Shown: positions 1-9,000 of the stretch, piece after piece
Layout: the number at the start of each line of letters is the position of its first letter
Position numbering within the stretch: the first letter of the stretch is position 1
Assembly: GCA_018610125.1 (NCBI GenBank)
Contig: JAHEOI010000230.1
Coordinates: 1 to 43,743 of the forward strand
From: Verrucomicrobiota bacterium
Lineage (GTDB): Bacteria; Verrucomicrobiota; Verrucomicrobiia; Limisphaerales; JAHEOI01
Length of the DNA stretch: 43,743 nt
Direction: 5' to 3'
Program-made: the position numbers and the translations under genes
The notes under the pieces: model-generated
Told to the model about the DNA's origin: nothing
Databases searched by the model: none
The model's input: only the letters and a program-made list of their open reading frames with translations

Positions 1-2
1 GC

Positions 3-1109
3 GTTGTCGGAGGGCGAGTCCAATCCGGGCGTTTCGATAGCGACAATGCAGTCAGTCTGCGGTCTAGCCTGCCGTTGCTTGACATTCAAAAGCGTCTCAC
101 GAGGACGAATCATGTCTCCGATCTTAGGCGGTATACCGTATACGGGTACCAGAATTTCCAAGTGTTGGATTCTTTATTAGTAACGGTCGGTTTGAGTTAT
201 GATGGAATACGTTATCCGGTCAACCATCAAGCTCCCCCAATAACGGGAAGAGCGGAAAGGAAGAGCCGGGTTTCTCCCAAAGCGGGGTTTATTTGGTCGC
301 CCTGGCCGGGAACCCAAATTAGAGGCGCCTATTCGCGATCCCTGGGTGGGGTCAGCTTCGATCAAAGTATACGAATCGAGCCGAGTCAGGTCGCCGGTTT
401 TACTCAAGCGTTTCGAAGCATTAGTCCTCAATCGAAAACGATGTCACCGCCCGCTGCGGAGTTTGAAATGAGTGGAGTGGGGATCGAACAAAAGCTGCCG
501 CAACAGAGCTACCTGGGTGTGCCGACAAAGACCTACTTAGGTGCTGTCGGACGGGTCCTGACGGAAGAAGGGCGTACGGTGCAAGGGGGCTATTCAACCC
601 GGCTGCGCCTCGGTCCGGGGGGCGTACCGACCGCGGGGGAAGTGCAACAGGTCGAAATGTCAAGGAGTCAGGAGTTTAGAGAGAGCAGCTTAAACTTATA
701 CATGAATCAGCTTTTGGGGGACCACTTCACTGCGAGCATGGAATACAAGGTCAGTCATGCAAATCTCGACATCTCCGCGAAAAACCCTCCCTTTTCTGCA
801 CGATTATCCGATGCCGAAGCCCTTCTGCACCGGGTCCGACTCGCTGGATTGGTCAATCTTAGTAATGGGCTCTTCCTGCAAGCGGATAGCGTCTGGCATG
901 CGCAGGATAACATGGACCGGGGCTTGCCGGAGGAGAATTTTTGGCAGGTTAATGCCCTTATCGGATACCGATTTTTACGGCGGCGGGCTGAAGTGCGTGT
1001 GGGATTAGAAAATATTTTCGACCGAGATTACCGACTCAACCCGCTCAACCGGCATTCGCGGCTACCCCGCGAAAGAACGCTAATGGTAAGCGGGAAGTTT
1101 GAATTTTAG
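3..1109 (+). CDS. Outer-membrane beta-barrel protein, C-terminal part (TonB-dependent-receptor-like); the 5' end lies upstream of the window
   Basis: The frame is open from nt 3, with no stop before the TTG at 75 used by the ORF track, so the gene is truncated by the window edge. It is beta-strand-like and Gly/Tyr/Arg-rich. The C-terminus reads ..ENIFDRDYRLNP..MVSGKFEF* and ends in an aromatic residue, as is typical of OMP/TBDR barrels. Confidence 0.6.
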   Translation, partial: VVGGRVQSGRFDSDNAVSLRSSLPLLDIQKRLTRTNHVSDLRRYTVYGYQNFQVLDSLLVTVGLSYDGIRYPVNHQAPPITGRAERKSRVSPKAGFIWSPWPGTQIRGAYSRSLGGVSFDQSIRIEPSQVAGFTQAFRSISPQSKTMSPPAAEFEMSGVGIEQKLPQQSYLGVPTKTYLGAVGRVLTEEGRTVQGGYSTRLRLGPGGVPTAGEVQQVEMSRSQEFRESSLNLYMNQLLGDHFTASMEYKVSHANLDISAKNPPFSARLSDAEALLHRVRLAGLVNLSNGLFLQADSVWHAQDNMDRGLPEENFWQVNALIGYRFLRRRAEVRVGLENIFDRDYRLNPLNRHSRLPRERTLMVSGKFEF

Positions 1110-1219
1110 CCGTGATCGTGGGTGAGTAGGTTGTAGGGTGTTTTTGAAATATGTTCAGCTTTCAAATGGCTATAAGAGGTGAAGTTTTAACCGCGACTTC
1201 CGGCTCGTATAGCTCGGCG

Positions 1220-1269
1220 AGATAACACGGATGAAGCTTTTTACCCGGATTTCTCCATCCGTGTTATCT
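1220..1269. terminator. Hairpin between convergent genes (possible bidirectional terminator)
   Basis: AGATAACACGGATG (1220-1233) is the perfect reverse complement of CATCCGTGTTATCT (1256-1269). Two further pairs are possible after one mismatch. It lies between the stop of the OMP gene (1109, +) and the stop of the peroxidase gene (1364, -). There is no strong U-tract. Confidence 0.4.
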
Positions 1270-1363
1270 TGGTTGTTCTGCTCTCGTTTCGTTCGGCGTA
1301 GCGTTTCGGATCCCGGTCGATTGAAGCGTGAGCATCCTGGAGTTATAGGGATCGGAAGGAGTA

Positions 1364-2758
1364 TCAATGTCGTTGGACGTTATACCGCCTCACGTATTTG
1401 ACCATGTCGGCCATGCCGAAATCATCTCCCTCGACCAGGGTCGGGGTCCAGTTTTTTTGGTGGACGTAGGCGCTTTCGTCGTTTTTGAGGAGTCTCAAAA
1501 GGGTCATGGCGACGATACGACCACCGACTTCTCCGAGCTTTCCGCCATTCTGTTCAGCTTCCGCTAAGCAATAAAACCATAGCGGTGTTTGGTCGAGCCC
1601 GGCCTCCTTGACCTTTTTATGCTTGGGGATCGGCTTGGTCTCGAGCTTTTTGGCGACTTCTTCTCCGGGCGGGAGATTGAAGGTGGTGCTCCCACGCAGA
1701 AGATTCCGGAAGGCAAGGGAGTTTTCCCCGCTTGCAACGGCGTCGGGGTTGCTTACAAACGGCAGCGCGAAAAGCTCGTGCGCCATCAGCGTGTCGATTT
1801 TGCGGGCGATTTGAGGGCGTGAACCGTCGACGCCGAAGAAAAAGTCCCAATCGACAACGTGCTCAGGCGGCACCGGATCGAAGGAAGTAAGTCCCGAGGA
1901 GGGAGGCTGGAAGAGATCGACCTCATGCCGTCCCGGGTTGATCGTGTAGCGGCTTCTTATCTGACTATGACCAAAGCGATAGGCCGCTACTGAGAATTCG
2001 ACCGGGATGAGTGGGGCGGACTCCCAATCCACCGGCTTGTGGTAGTGCTGACCTCGGCCAAAGACATCCGCTTCAGCCTGACGGAGCACTCCCTTGGACA
2101 CAACGGCCGGTAAAAACTCGTTCCTCACGATCCATTGGTAGTGCCAACGTACAATACGGCGGGCTTTGTCGAAAGAGGACTCTTCCTCTCCAATGTTGTC
2201 CTCGATCCGTCCTTTCTCGACTTGACTCAAGACGGCATTGTGAAATCTGAGGAACAGAAGCTGTAGCTGGGAGACGATACCATTTTCGTCATTCCGAGGA
2301 TCTCCGATTAATGCCACCCCTTGACTGTTACGCGGTAAGTCATCCGGATTCGTTTCATTTCCGATTAAAAGGTAGCCCTCGCGGTTGGTGTCGTACTGGA
2401 ATGGCTCTGCTTCGGGACCGTCACCATAGACATTATCCAATTCAAGTCGAGGGGTTCGGAGATTCCGAATCTGGTTGGGCGATGCCTCTTTCCCCAAGCT
2501 GGAAACCACATCCAGCGTGATGTCGTGATCGATGAATTGTCCCAGGAATATGTAGCCTGCAGGCAGGTCTGCATCACCCGCCGGGTCAGGTGCCGGCCCC
2601 TCGTCCATCGATTGGGCCAACGTGGCAAGCTTATCCCGATCGACGGTATCATCGGTGGGGGCAAACAGCCGTCCAAAGGTTTGTTCGTGCCTACTTCCTT
2701 TGGCACATGCGGCCTCCAAGAAGTTCAGCAGTTTAAGCAGTCCATGATGATGTGGCAT
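1364..2758 (-). CDS. Heme peroxidase of the peroxidase-cyclooxygenase (animal haem peroxidase) superfamily, short bacterial form
   Basis: Motifs: distal-His FLGQFIDHDITLD; GDPRNDENGIVSQLQLLFLRFHNAV; proximal-His AAYRFGHSQI. Length is 464 aa. No signal peptide is evident. Confidence 0.85.
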   Translation of the reverse strand: MPHHHGLLKLLNFLEAACAKGSRHEQTFGRLFAPTDDTVDRDKLATLAQSMDEGPAPDPAGDADLPAGYIFLGQFIDHDITLDVVSSLGKEASPNQIRNLRTPRLELDNVYGDGPEAEPFQYDTNREGYLLIGNETNPDDLPRNSQGVALIGDPRNDENGIVSQLQLLFLRFHNAVLSQVEKGRIEDNIGEEESSFDKARRIVRWHYQWIVRNEFLPAVVSKGVLRQAEADVFGRGQHYHKPVDWESAPLIPVEFSVAAYRFGHSQIRSRYTINPGRHEVDLFQPPSSGLTSFDPVPPEHVVDWDFFFGVDGSRPQIARKIDTLMAHELFALPFVSNPDAVASGENSLAFRNLLRGSTTFNLPPGEEVAKKLETKPIPKHKKVKEAGLDQTPLWFYCLAEAEQNGGKLGEVGGRIVAMTLLRLLKNDESAYVHQKNWTPTLVEGDDFGMADMVKYVRRYNVQRH

Positions 2759-2968
2759 AGCTTTCTCTCCTTGATTTGGGTTTTGGTAAACGAGATGGCG
2801 TCACCATCCACCTCCTTAGGCTGATTACAATTTAACCAATAAGAATGCATCGATGTCAAGTGATTTTTTTCGATCTGTTTAGCGGTATCTATTCAGGCTT
2901 ATAGCCTGACGAGCCGACACACGCGCGGAGAATCGGATTGATGGCCGCAAAGAGGCGGTAAGAACAGC

Positions 2969-3003
2969 GTGCAGATAGAGGCCGGCCCGGCCTCTATCTG
3001 CAC
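2969..3003 (-). terminator. GC-rich hairpin downstream of the CRTAC1-like gene
   Basis: GTGCAGATAGAGGCCGG-C-CCGGCCTCTATCTGCAC forms two perfect 17-nt arms. It lies 114 nt past the stop at 3117 and upstream of the peroxidase start. The U-tract is weak. Confidence 0.4.
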
Positions 3004-3116
3004 GAAGCTTTTCCGCCTCGCGCTCCTTTGTGACCTTCTGTTTGAAGAGCCTTTTTCTCTGTTGGCATCCTTTGAACTTAATGTCGCTCGATTGATCCAA
3101 ACCGATCTCGAGTTGG

Positions 3117-5501
3117 TCATTGGTCGCGACTCATTGAAGCCGGCTGGAGCGGGCTGATTGGGTGATAGCGATCGACTTCGGGGTTATGGAGCTGGGTTCG
3201 GTCGCCGTTGGGCCAACGGATTGTCACTGTCTTGACCGAGTCCTGTTTGCCGAGTCCGAAGTGGACCGTGTTGGAGGGCTGACAGCGGTAAGATTCGCCG
3301 GTTACCAAGTGGCGAACGAGGTGACCGGAGGCGGTTTCCACGGTTACGGTCGAGCCGATTGGCGAAGGGCCGCCTTCCCTTGAACGGAAGCGAAAGCCGA
3401 TCCAATGATGATCTGTCGACAGTGTGTTTCGAAAGACCAGCAGGCGTTTACGCTTTTGAGGCCACTGCTCGGAGGTGGTGACGATCAGGTCTTGTCGTCC
3501 GTCGTTATCGATGTCTTCGGCCAGCACATTTTGCGAATCGGCTTCCAGCGCGACGCCCATCAAATAGGCGATTTCCAGGTAATCGAGATTGCCGGAATTG
3601 AATAAGAGCCGGTTTTTCTCGTAACCTCCGTAGGAGCGGTTGAGCTGATTGCGACTCTCCTCATGGGTTGATCGGAAATAGAGATCGTTGACCAAGCTGG
3701 GTTTGGAGGTGCCGACGTAAATGTCATGCAGCCAAAAGTGCGGCTCGTACTCTCGGACGCTGGCCTTCGTCTTGTGTCCATTGGCGATGTAAATGTCGAG
3801 TGTCCCGCTATTGTCGAAATCGAAGGCGTCGGTTCCCCATGACCAGCCGGTATGATTCAAAGGGCGTTGGAAGGGGGGTTGCTTAAAGCCATCTCCATTT
3901 TCATCCCAAAGGTAGAGGCGATTGCCGAACGTCATTGGCGCGCGCATCCGATTGTAGTCGGGGTAATCCGGGTGTCCAAGCCCGAGGTGCTCGAGGCGAC
4001 TTGCTGTCCAGGAGTTCATGCCGATCATGAACAAATCGGCATGGCCATCTTGATTGAAATCGCCAAAGGTATGGGCCATCCCGAAGGCATGAGGTTCATC
4101 CATCAGAGAGGTCGTGGCCTCTCGAAATGTGCCATTGCCTTGGTTCAAAAAGAGATCGGCTCCGGCGAAATCGCTTACGACCACAAGGTCCAAATCCCGG
4201 TCTTGGTCGATGTCTGCCAATGAGCCGCTGTAAACCCGCCGAAACCGGTTGGTGGTCAATCCGCGCTGACGGGTTTGATTGGTAAATTGCCCGTTGCCCT
4301 GATTAATCAAGAGATAGGAGGGGTAGCCATCGTTCGCGTCGTAGTAGGGGGTCGGCATTTGACCATCGGTATAAGGGGCTTTGTACTGTCCGAGCCATAT
4401 GTCGAGGTCGTTGTCATGGTCAATGTCGCCCGCTGTGATCGCTTCACCATGTTGGATCGGTTCGTCGGATTTCCAAACGCGCTTGGGGCGTCGATCGAAT
4501 TCTCCCTTGCTATTGGCGGTATATAAGAGGAGCCCTTGTTTATCGACGCAGAGGAAGTCGGCATGACTATCCCGGTTGAGCTCGATCATCAGCCCGGTGA
4601 ATATCGGCTCTTCTTTAAATCGGCAGAGTTGGTCGGCAACGAACCGTCCATCTTTTTGCCGTCGATAAACGCGATTCGAAGCGGCTAAAATGATTTCCAA
4701 TTGCCCATCTTGGTTTAAGTCATGAGCAATGAGTGGGTCAATGTAGCCGGATTTCGCCTGAGGCGGGACCGTGTCGGCAAACACCCGCTTAAAGGCAGGC
4801 TTTGCTTGCCTCCGGGTGATGGTTATTTGACTTGCATCGATCACACTCGGATGAAGCCGATTGTCACCGGGTTTTGCCTTCTCCCATGTCACCGATAAGT
4901 CGCCTTGAATGATCAGTCTTTCCGGGCGTTTGCTGTTTTTGACGTGCACGCTCATCCAAATGGTTGATCGGGCTTGTTGGGTGGATGAATCGACCTCGAA
5001 GGCGGCGTGGCGCCATTCGCTCTGCTCGATGGTGTAGCCCTCTTGTCTCCATTGCCTTAGACGGGTTTTCCATTCCGGCGGCGACCAAGCCTGCTTGTTG
5101 CCGGTCAATTCCAATCGCTTGATCCCATGGCGATGAGTCTGTGTCCTGGTGTCCTGTTGAAGGAGGAGCTTTTTGAATGGGAATTGGGCGAGAACGCGAA
5201 GTGGGCTATCCGATCGATTGAGATCATTCCACAAGCGAATAAAGATCGCTTCGTGACGCTGGGCTGCTTGCTCCTTGGCCCAAATGGTCCGGTTTCGCTT
5301 TGCTTCCTGTTGCTCGAGCTTCTGGAACGAATCGATCACCTCCTTATCTATGAGCGGATGCGACAGCGCTTTCTCCTTCACGCGCTGCAATTCTTCTTTC
5401 TTTGAGGCCCCTTCGTGGTCCCAGCGGCCGCTTTGCTTGAACCAGAGCAATGCGATCATGACCACGAGTCCTAATCCTAGAATGCCGAGCCTTCGAGTCA
5501 T
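3117..5501 (-). CDS. CRTAC1-family protein: N-terminal membrane anchor, FG-GAP/VCBS repeats and a C-terminal ASPIC/UnbV domain
   Basis: N-terminal TM segment LGILGLGLVVMIALLWF. Repeated D-x-D/N-x-D-G motifs (DLNQDGQLE, DIDHDNDLD, DIDQDRDLD, DFNQDGHAD, DFDNSGTLD, DIDNDGRQD). C-terminal UnbV/ASPIC signature WIGFRFRS..GSTVTVETASG..GESYRCQPSNTVHFGLGKQDSVKTVTIRWPNG. Confidence 0.85.
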   Translation of the reverse strand: MTRRLGILGLGLVVMIALLWFKQSGRWDHEGASKKEELQRVKEKALSHPLIDKEVIDSFQKLEQQEAKRNRTIWAKEQAAQRHEAIFIRLWNDLNRSDSPLRVLAQFPFKKLLLQQDTRTQTHRHGIKRLELTGNKQAWSPPEWKTRLRQWRQEGYTIEQSEWRHAAFEVDSSTQQARSTIWMSVHVKNSKRPERLIIQGDLSVTWEKAKPGDNRLHPSVIDASQITITRRQAKPAFKRVFADTVPPQAKSGYIDPLIAHDLNQDGQLEIILAASNRVYRRQKDGRFVADQLCRFKEEPIFTGLMIELNRDSHADFLCVDKQGLLLYTANSKGEFDRRPKRVWKSDEPIQHGEAITAGDIDHDNDLDIWLGQYKAPYTDGQMPTPYYDANDGYPSYLLINQGNGQFTNQTRQRGLTTNRFRRVYSGSLADIDQDRDLDLVVVSDFAGADLFLNQGNGTFREATTSLMDEPHAFGMAHTFGDFNQDGHADLFMIGMNSWTASRLEHLGLGHPDYPDYNRMRAPMTFGNRLYLWDENGDGFKQPPFQRPLNHTGWSWGTDAFDFDNSGTLDIYIANGHKTKASVREYEPHFWLHDIYVGTSKPSLVNDLYFRSTHEESRNQLNRSYGGYEKNRLLFNSGNLDYLEIAYLMGVALEADSQNVLAEDIDNDGRQDLIVTTSEQWPQKRKRLLVFRNTLSTDHHWIGFRFRSREGGPSPIGSTVTVETASGHLVRHLVTGESYRCQPSNTVHFGLGKQDSVKTVTIRWPNGDRTQLHNPEVDRYHPISPLQPASMSRDQ

Positions 5502-5583
5502 TTGCGATCAAAATGGATTGTACGACACGCTCGCCAAAGGGTGAAGATGAAACAAACGAGGAATTCCCCCGCTGTTGCGGTAG

Positions 5584-5703
5584 GGCCCGCAGCACTGCCA
5601 TTAAGTTAGGCCATAAACGATGCAGTGTTTCTGACAATGTGTAAAAGAAGAGCCCCCCTCATCCTAACTTAATGGCATTGGGGCTCGCACTCCACTGCGG
5701 GCC
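5584..5703. repeat. Nested palindromic element (outer 9-bp stem, inner 15-bp inverted repeat)
   Basis: GGCCCGCAG (5584-5592) pairs with CTGCGGGCC (5695-5703). TGCCATTAAGTTAGG (5596-5610) pairs with CCTAACTTAATGGCA (5663-5677), leaving a 52-nt centre. The flanking CCGCTGTTGCGGTAGGG (5569-5585) is identical to the left end of the 105-bp repeat at 43638-43654. Confidence 0.7.
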
Positions 5704-5707
5704 GTGT

Positions 5708-5775
5708 GGACGTCGGGGATGACGTCCCTTATCAGGGGGAATCCCTGGACGTCGCGGATGAGGTCCCTATCAGGC
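5708..5775. repeat. REP-C module, two tandem units
   Basis: GGACGTCGGGGATGACGTCCCTTATCAGGG (5708-5737) and GGACGTCGCGGATGAGGTCCCTATCAGGCG (5747-5775) are separated by 9 nt. Each contains a GGACGTC-N6-GACGTCC hairpin followed by TATCAGG. Confidence 0.75.
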
Positions 5776-5798
5776 GAGGCCCAATCGTGTCACAGTAA

Positions 5799-5840
5799 GC
5801 TTCCTCTTCCGTTCAGAAGGGGAGAGGGTCAAGGTGAGTG
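5799..5840. repeat. REP-B module (reverse orientation, diverged copy)
   Basis: The reverse complement, CACTCACCTTGACCCTCTCCCCTTCTGAACGGAAGAGGAAGC, aligns at about 80% with the copies at 14609 and 25316. Confidence 0.6.
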
Positions 5841-5956
5841 ATTGCCCGGGGGGGTGGGTGAATTGCCCCGAGGTGGGCGACCGTTCGCAGAATAATGGCT
5901 GCGGCTTCAGACCTTCAGGTTGCCGGTGACGTCTTATCCATCCCTCTAGATCCTTC

Positions 5957-5980
5957 CCTGATAGGGATGTCGTCCTCGAT
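5957..5980. repeat. REP-C module (reverse orientation)
   Basis: CCTGATAGGGATGTCGTCCTCGAT. The GGGATGTCGTCC core recurs as an exact reverse complement at 34881-34892. Confidence 0.6.
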
Positions 5981-6061
5981 TTCCACGCCTTCAACGGTGA
6001 ATCCGACTCAGAATCGAATGGATGCGCACTTGGGCACGATTCTTGCTTATAAACGGCGACT

Positions 6062-9000
6062 ATGAAATGGGGAGCATTTTGGAAAGGGATTGTCTCAATT
6101 CTGGCGGCTACCGTTTGGGTGAGTGGCGAGTTACCGCAGGAGGCTGCGGGTCAGGATCTAGTGGCGCCGGATTTGGCGGTGGCTGAATTCTCGTTAGGCG
6201 GAAGCGAGGAAGTCAAGCTGGGGGAGGAGATCGGTGATCGCTTGAGCTTGACGGTCATCAATCAAGGCCAGGCAGCAGCCGAGGGCGATATTTTTGTCGG
6301 CTTGGTGGTTTCGGCGGATGAGACCATTGATTCGAGCGACACGCTTTTGAGCGGAGGTCGAGAGGCGTTCACCGGTTTGGCGGCGGGGGCCACAACCACG
6401 GTGGATATCGCCTCTGTTACGAGCATGATTGCCGACTTTGCAACAGGACCGGCATACCTGGGAGTGATCGTCGACGAGCAAGACTCGGTTAGTGAAACCA
6501 ATGAGGGCAATAATACCGCGTCGATCCCGGTAAGCATCGTAGCCGAGGCTCAAGGAGAGGACTGCATCACGTTTGATCCGGCTCTGGCCACAGTGGAGCA
6601 AATTAATGGGACATGGCGAATCACCGCCGGCAATTCGATTCTGCTGAGCTTCGGGTCGAAGGAGCAGGAAGCGCGCCGGGCATTGGAGATTATCAAGGCG
6701 TACGGAATGACCCAGCAATGCTTTGTCGGTCGTCCGAATCCGTCGATGGAGTATTATCTTGTTGATGGAGAGTCCCCTACCGGATCGATTGAAGGTGAGG
6801 ACTGCCTGCCGTTCGATCCGGACAAACTGGAGGTCAAGCAAATCAATGGGCGCTGGAAGATCGTGGAAGGGGCATCCATACTGCTGGACTTCGGGGAGAA
6901 TGAGGCCGAGGCCCGCCAATCCCTTGAGATTATTCTCACCCATGAATTCAATCGGATGTGCTTTGTGGGACGTCCGGATCCTTCAATGACCTACTTCAAG
7001 CAGGTTACCGAATCTCAGGGCCTGGTGATCGGCGAGCTTGCTCAATCCAGTGGGGTTGCCGGCGATGTGATCAACATTGCCGGTCAAAACTTCGGAACCG
7101 ATGCGGATGACTTGTGTGTGTTGCTACGGAACAACGGACGCTTTATTGGTTTGGAGGCGTTGACCGCAACCGGAACGGAAATCACGGCAGAGCTCCCGTA
7201 TATCCCGGAATTCGCAGCCGGAGCGGAGCATGAGCTCGTGGTCGGCCTTGGTGTCGGTGCCAGGCAAGAGATTGGCGGCAATATCGAGAATGTTGGAGTG
7301 GGGCAGCCTGCTTGGATATGGGCCGGCGACAAAGAGAATATGGCGGTTGCCGATGCGGCATTCGTTCCGGAATTCAGTCCGTCGCCCGGAAGCAGTTTTC
7401 ACAGTGGTGGGCCTCAAAATGGCGCGTTGATGGTCACGATCGATCAAGATTGGGGCGTGGGGACGACGGTGGATATTCAAGCCCGGGTTCATCAAGAGGG
7501 AACAGGTGCGGATACGCGGATTAAGGAGGTCACATTTAGCGCTGCCGGAACCCGCTTCGATTGTGCGGCCAAGATCTGTCAGTTGCTGGAAGAGGCCTTT
7601 GCTTCGCACCCGGACCGGCCTCTCGATATCGAATGCGAGGTGCGGCAACAAGATGGCAACGCCAAGATTGTGGTGACCTTGGCTGAAGAGGGGGCTGTCA
7701 TCAATGGCGGCAATATCGATATCATTGTCCGAGACGAAGGCGAACCGGTATCGCCCGATCTGGCAGTGGGCGATTTTGGACTTGAAGGTGAGCCTCGGGT
7801 CGAGGCCGGTGGATCGGTCGGCGATCGGATTAACTTGAGTGTCTCCAATCTTGGTGGGCTGAGTGTCGCGCAAAGCTTTTCTGTGGGGCTTTATTTTTCG
7901 GAGGACTCGAATATCACGGCGGACGACACGCTGTTAATTAATGGGCAAGAGATGCTGGCAGGTCTGGAGGTGGGTGGCTCGACAGAAGTGACCGTCTTTG
8001 GCGATGCCCAAATGCCGGGTGAGCTGTCGGCCGGCCAAGGATATTTGGGGGTATTGGTTGACGACACGGCGGTGATCGAGGAGCAGCAAGAAGGGAATAA
8101 CCAAGCTTCGCTGCCGGTTACGGTTGAAGCGGCGCCGTCGGTCGAGCCGAAGCTGAATATCTCGCTGTCTTCGGAAAACGAAATCACGCTTATGTGGGAA
8201 GGGGCCGGTGTGCTCCAAAAAGCGGATGAAATCACGGGACCATGGAGCGAGGTCTCGAATGCGGAGTCTCCATTGACCGTGACACTGGAGGGAAATCGAA
8301 TATTTTATCGGCTGGTGCGGCCGTCGGTGACCGAACAAACCATGCCGATTTTCAAGGTGACCCAACAAGGCATTTCAGACCGCCAATTCTCGGCCCTGGC
8401 CGAGAGTCTGGGAGTGCCGAAGAGTGCGTTTGGGGAATCCGGGTATGTCCAGTACACCGATACCGAGCGGTTTCAATCGGTTCCAACGGAGCCGGTTGAA
8501 GAGCCGTTGGAGCCGGATGAAGAGGAGCAGGCGAAGGTAGTGCCTGAAAGATTCCTCTTTGACCAGATCCAAGAAATCTCGATTCTCGATAATGAGAGCG
8601 CATTGGGGCTGACGAAAGAGGCATTTAGCCAAGCCGAGCTCACACCCAAGGCGCCTTATAAGGTTCAGACCGACATCCGGCACTCCGAATTCGAGGCGGT
8701 CGATGCGAAGGGTGAGGTGTTGGTGAACAAGCCGATCGATACGCAAGTTGCTTATCAGCTACAATTGGATGGGCATCCGGTGGTCGGTTCCGGGGCGCAG
8801 ATCAAAGCCGTCTTTGATGGGCAGAAAAACGTTTCGCACCTCGCCTATATTTTGCGTCAGGTTGAGAAGGGCAAATCGGTTCCGGTCCTTTCGCAAAGTG
8901 AGGCGGATGCCAAAGCCGAGGCGCAATATGGCGCCTCAATGAAGACGGACCTTCAAGGGGAGCTTAAGCTGAGCTCCAAGCTGGTCTACTATGCCCCGTC

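Noticed and set aside
1170-1367. 65-aa ORF between the OMP and peroxidase genes.
   Set aside because: It spans the convergent-gene hairpin, has no start context and is basic and low-complexity. It is most likely non-coding.
5708-5775. Possible mini-CRISPR: two ~29-nt direct repeats.
   Set aside because: There are only two units, the spacer is 9 nt, the units are themselves palindromic REP-type hairpins, and there are no cas genes in the window.
5770-5994. ORFs within the long spacers (5770..5994 -, 14335..14616 -, 14743..14973 +, 25276..25485 -, 34586..34975 -).
   Set aside because: They are translations of the REP-B, REP-C and R105 hairpin modules. The same peptides recur only because the DNA repeats do. 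They have low-complexity composition and no start context.
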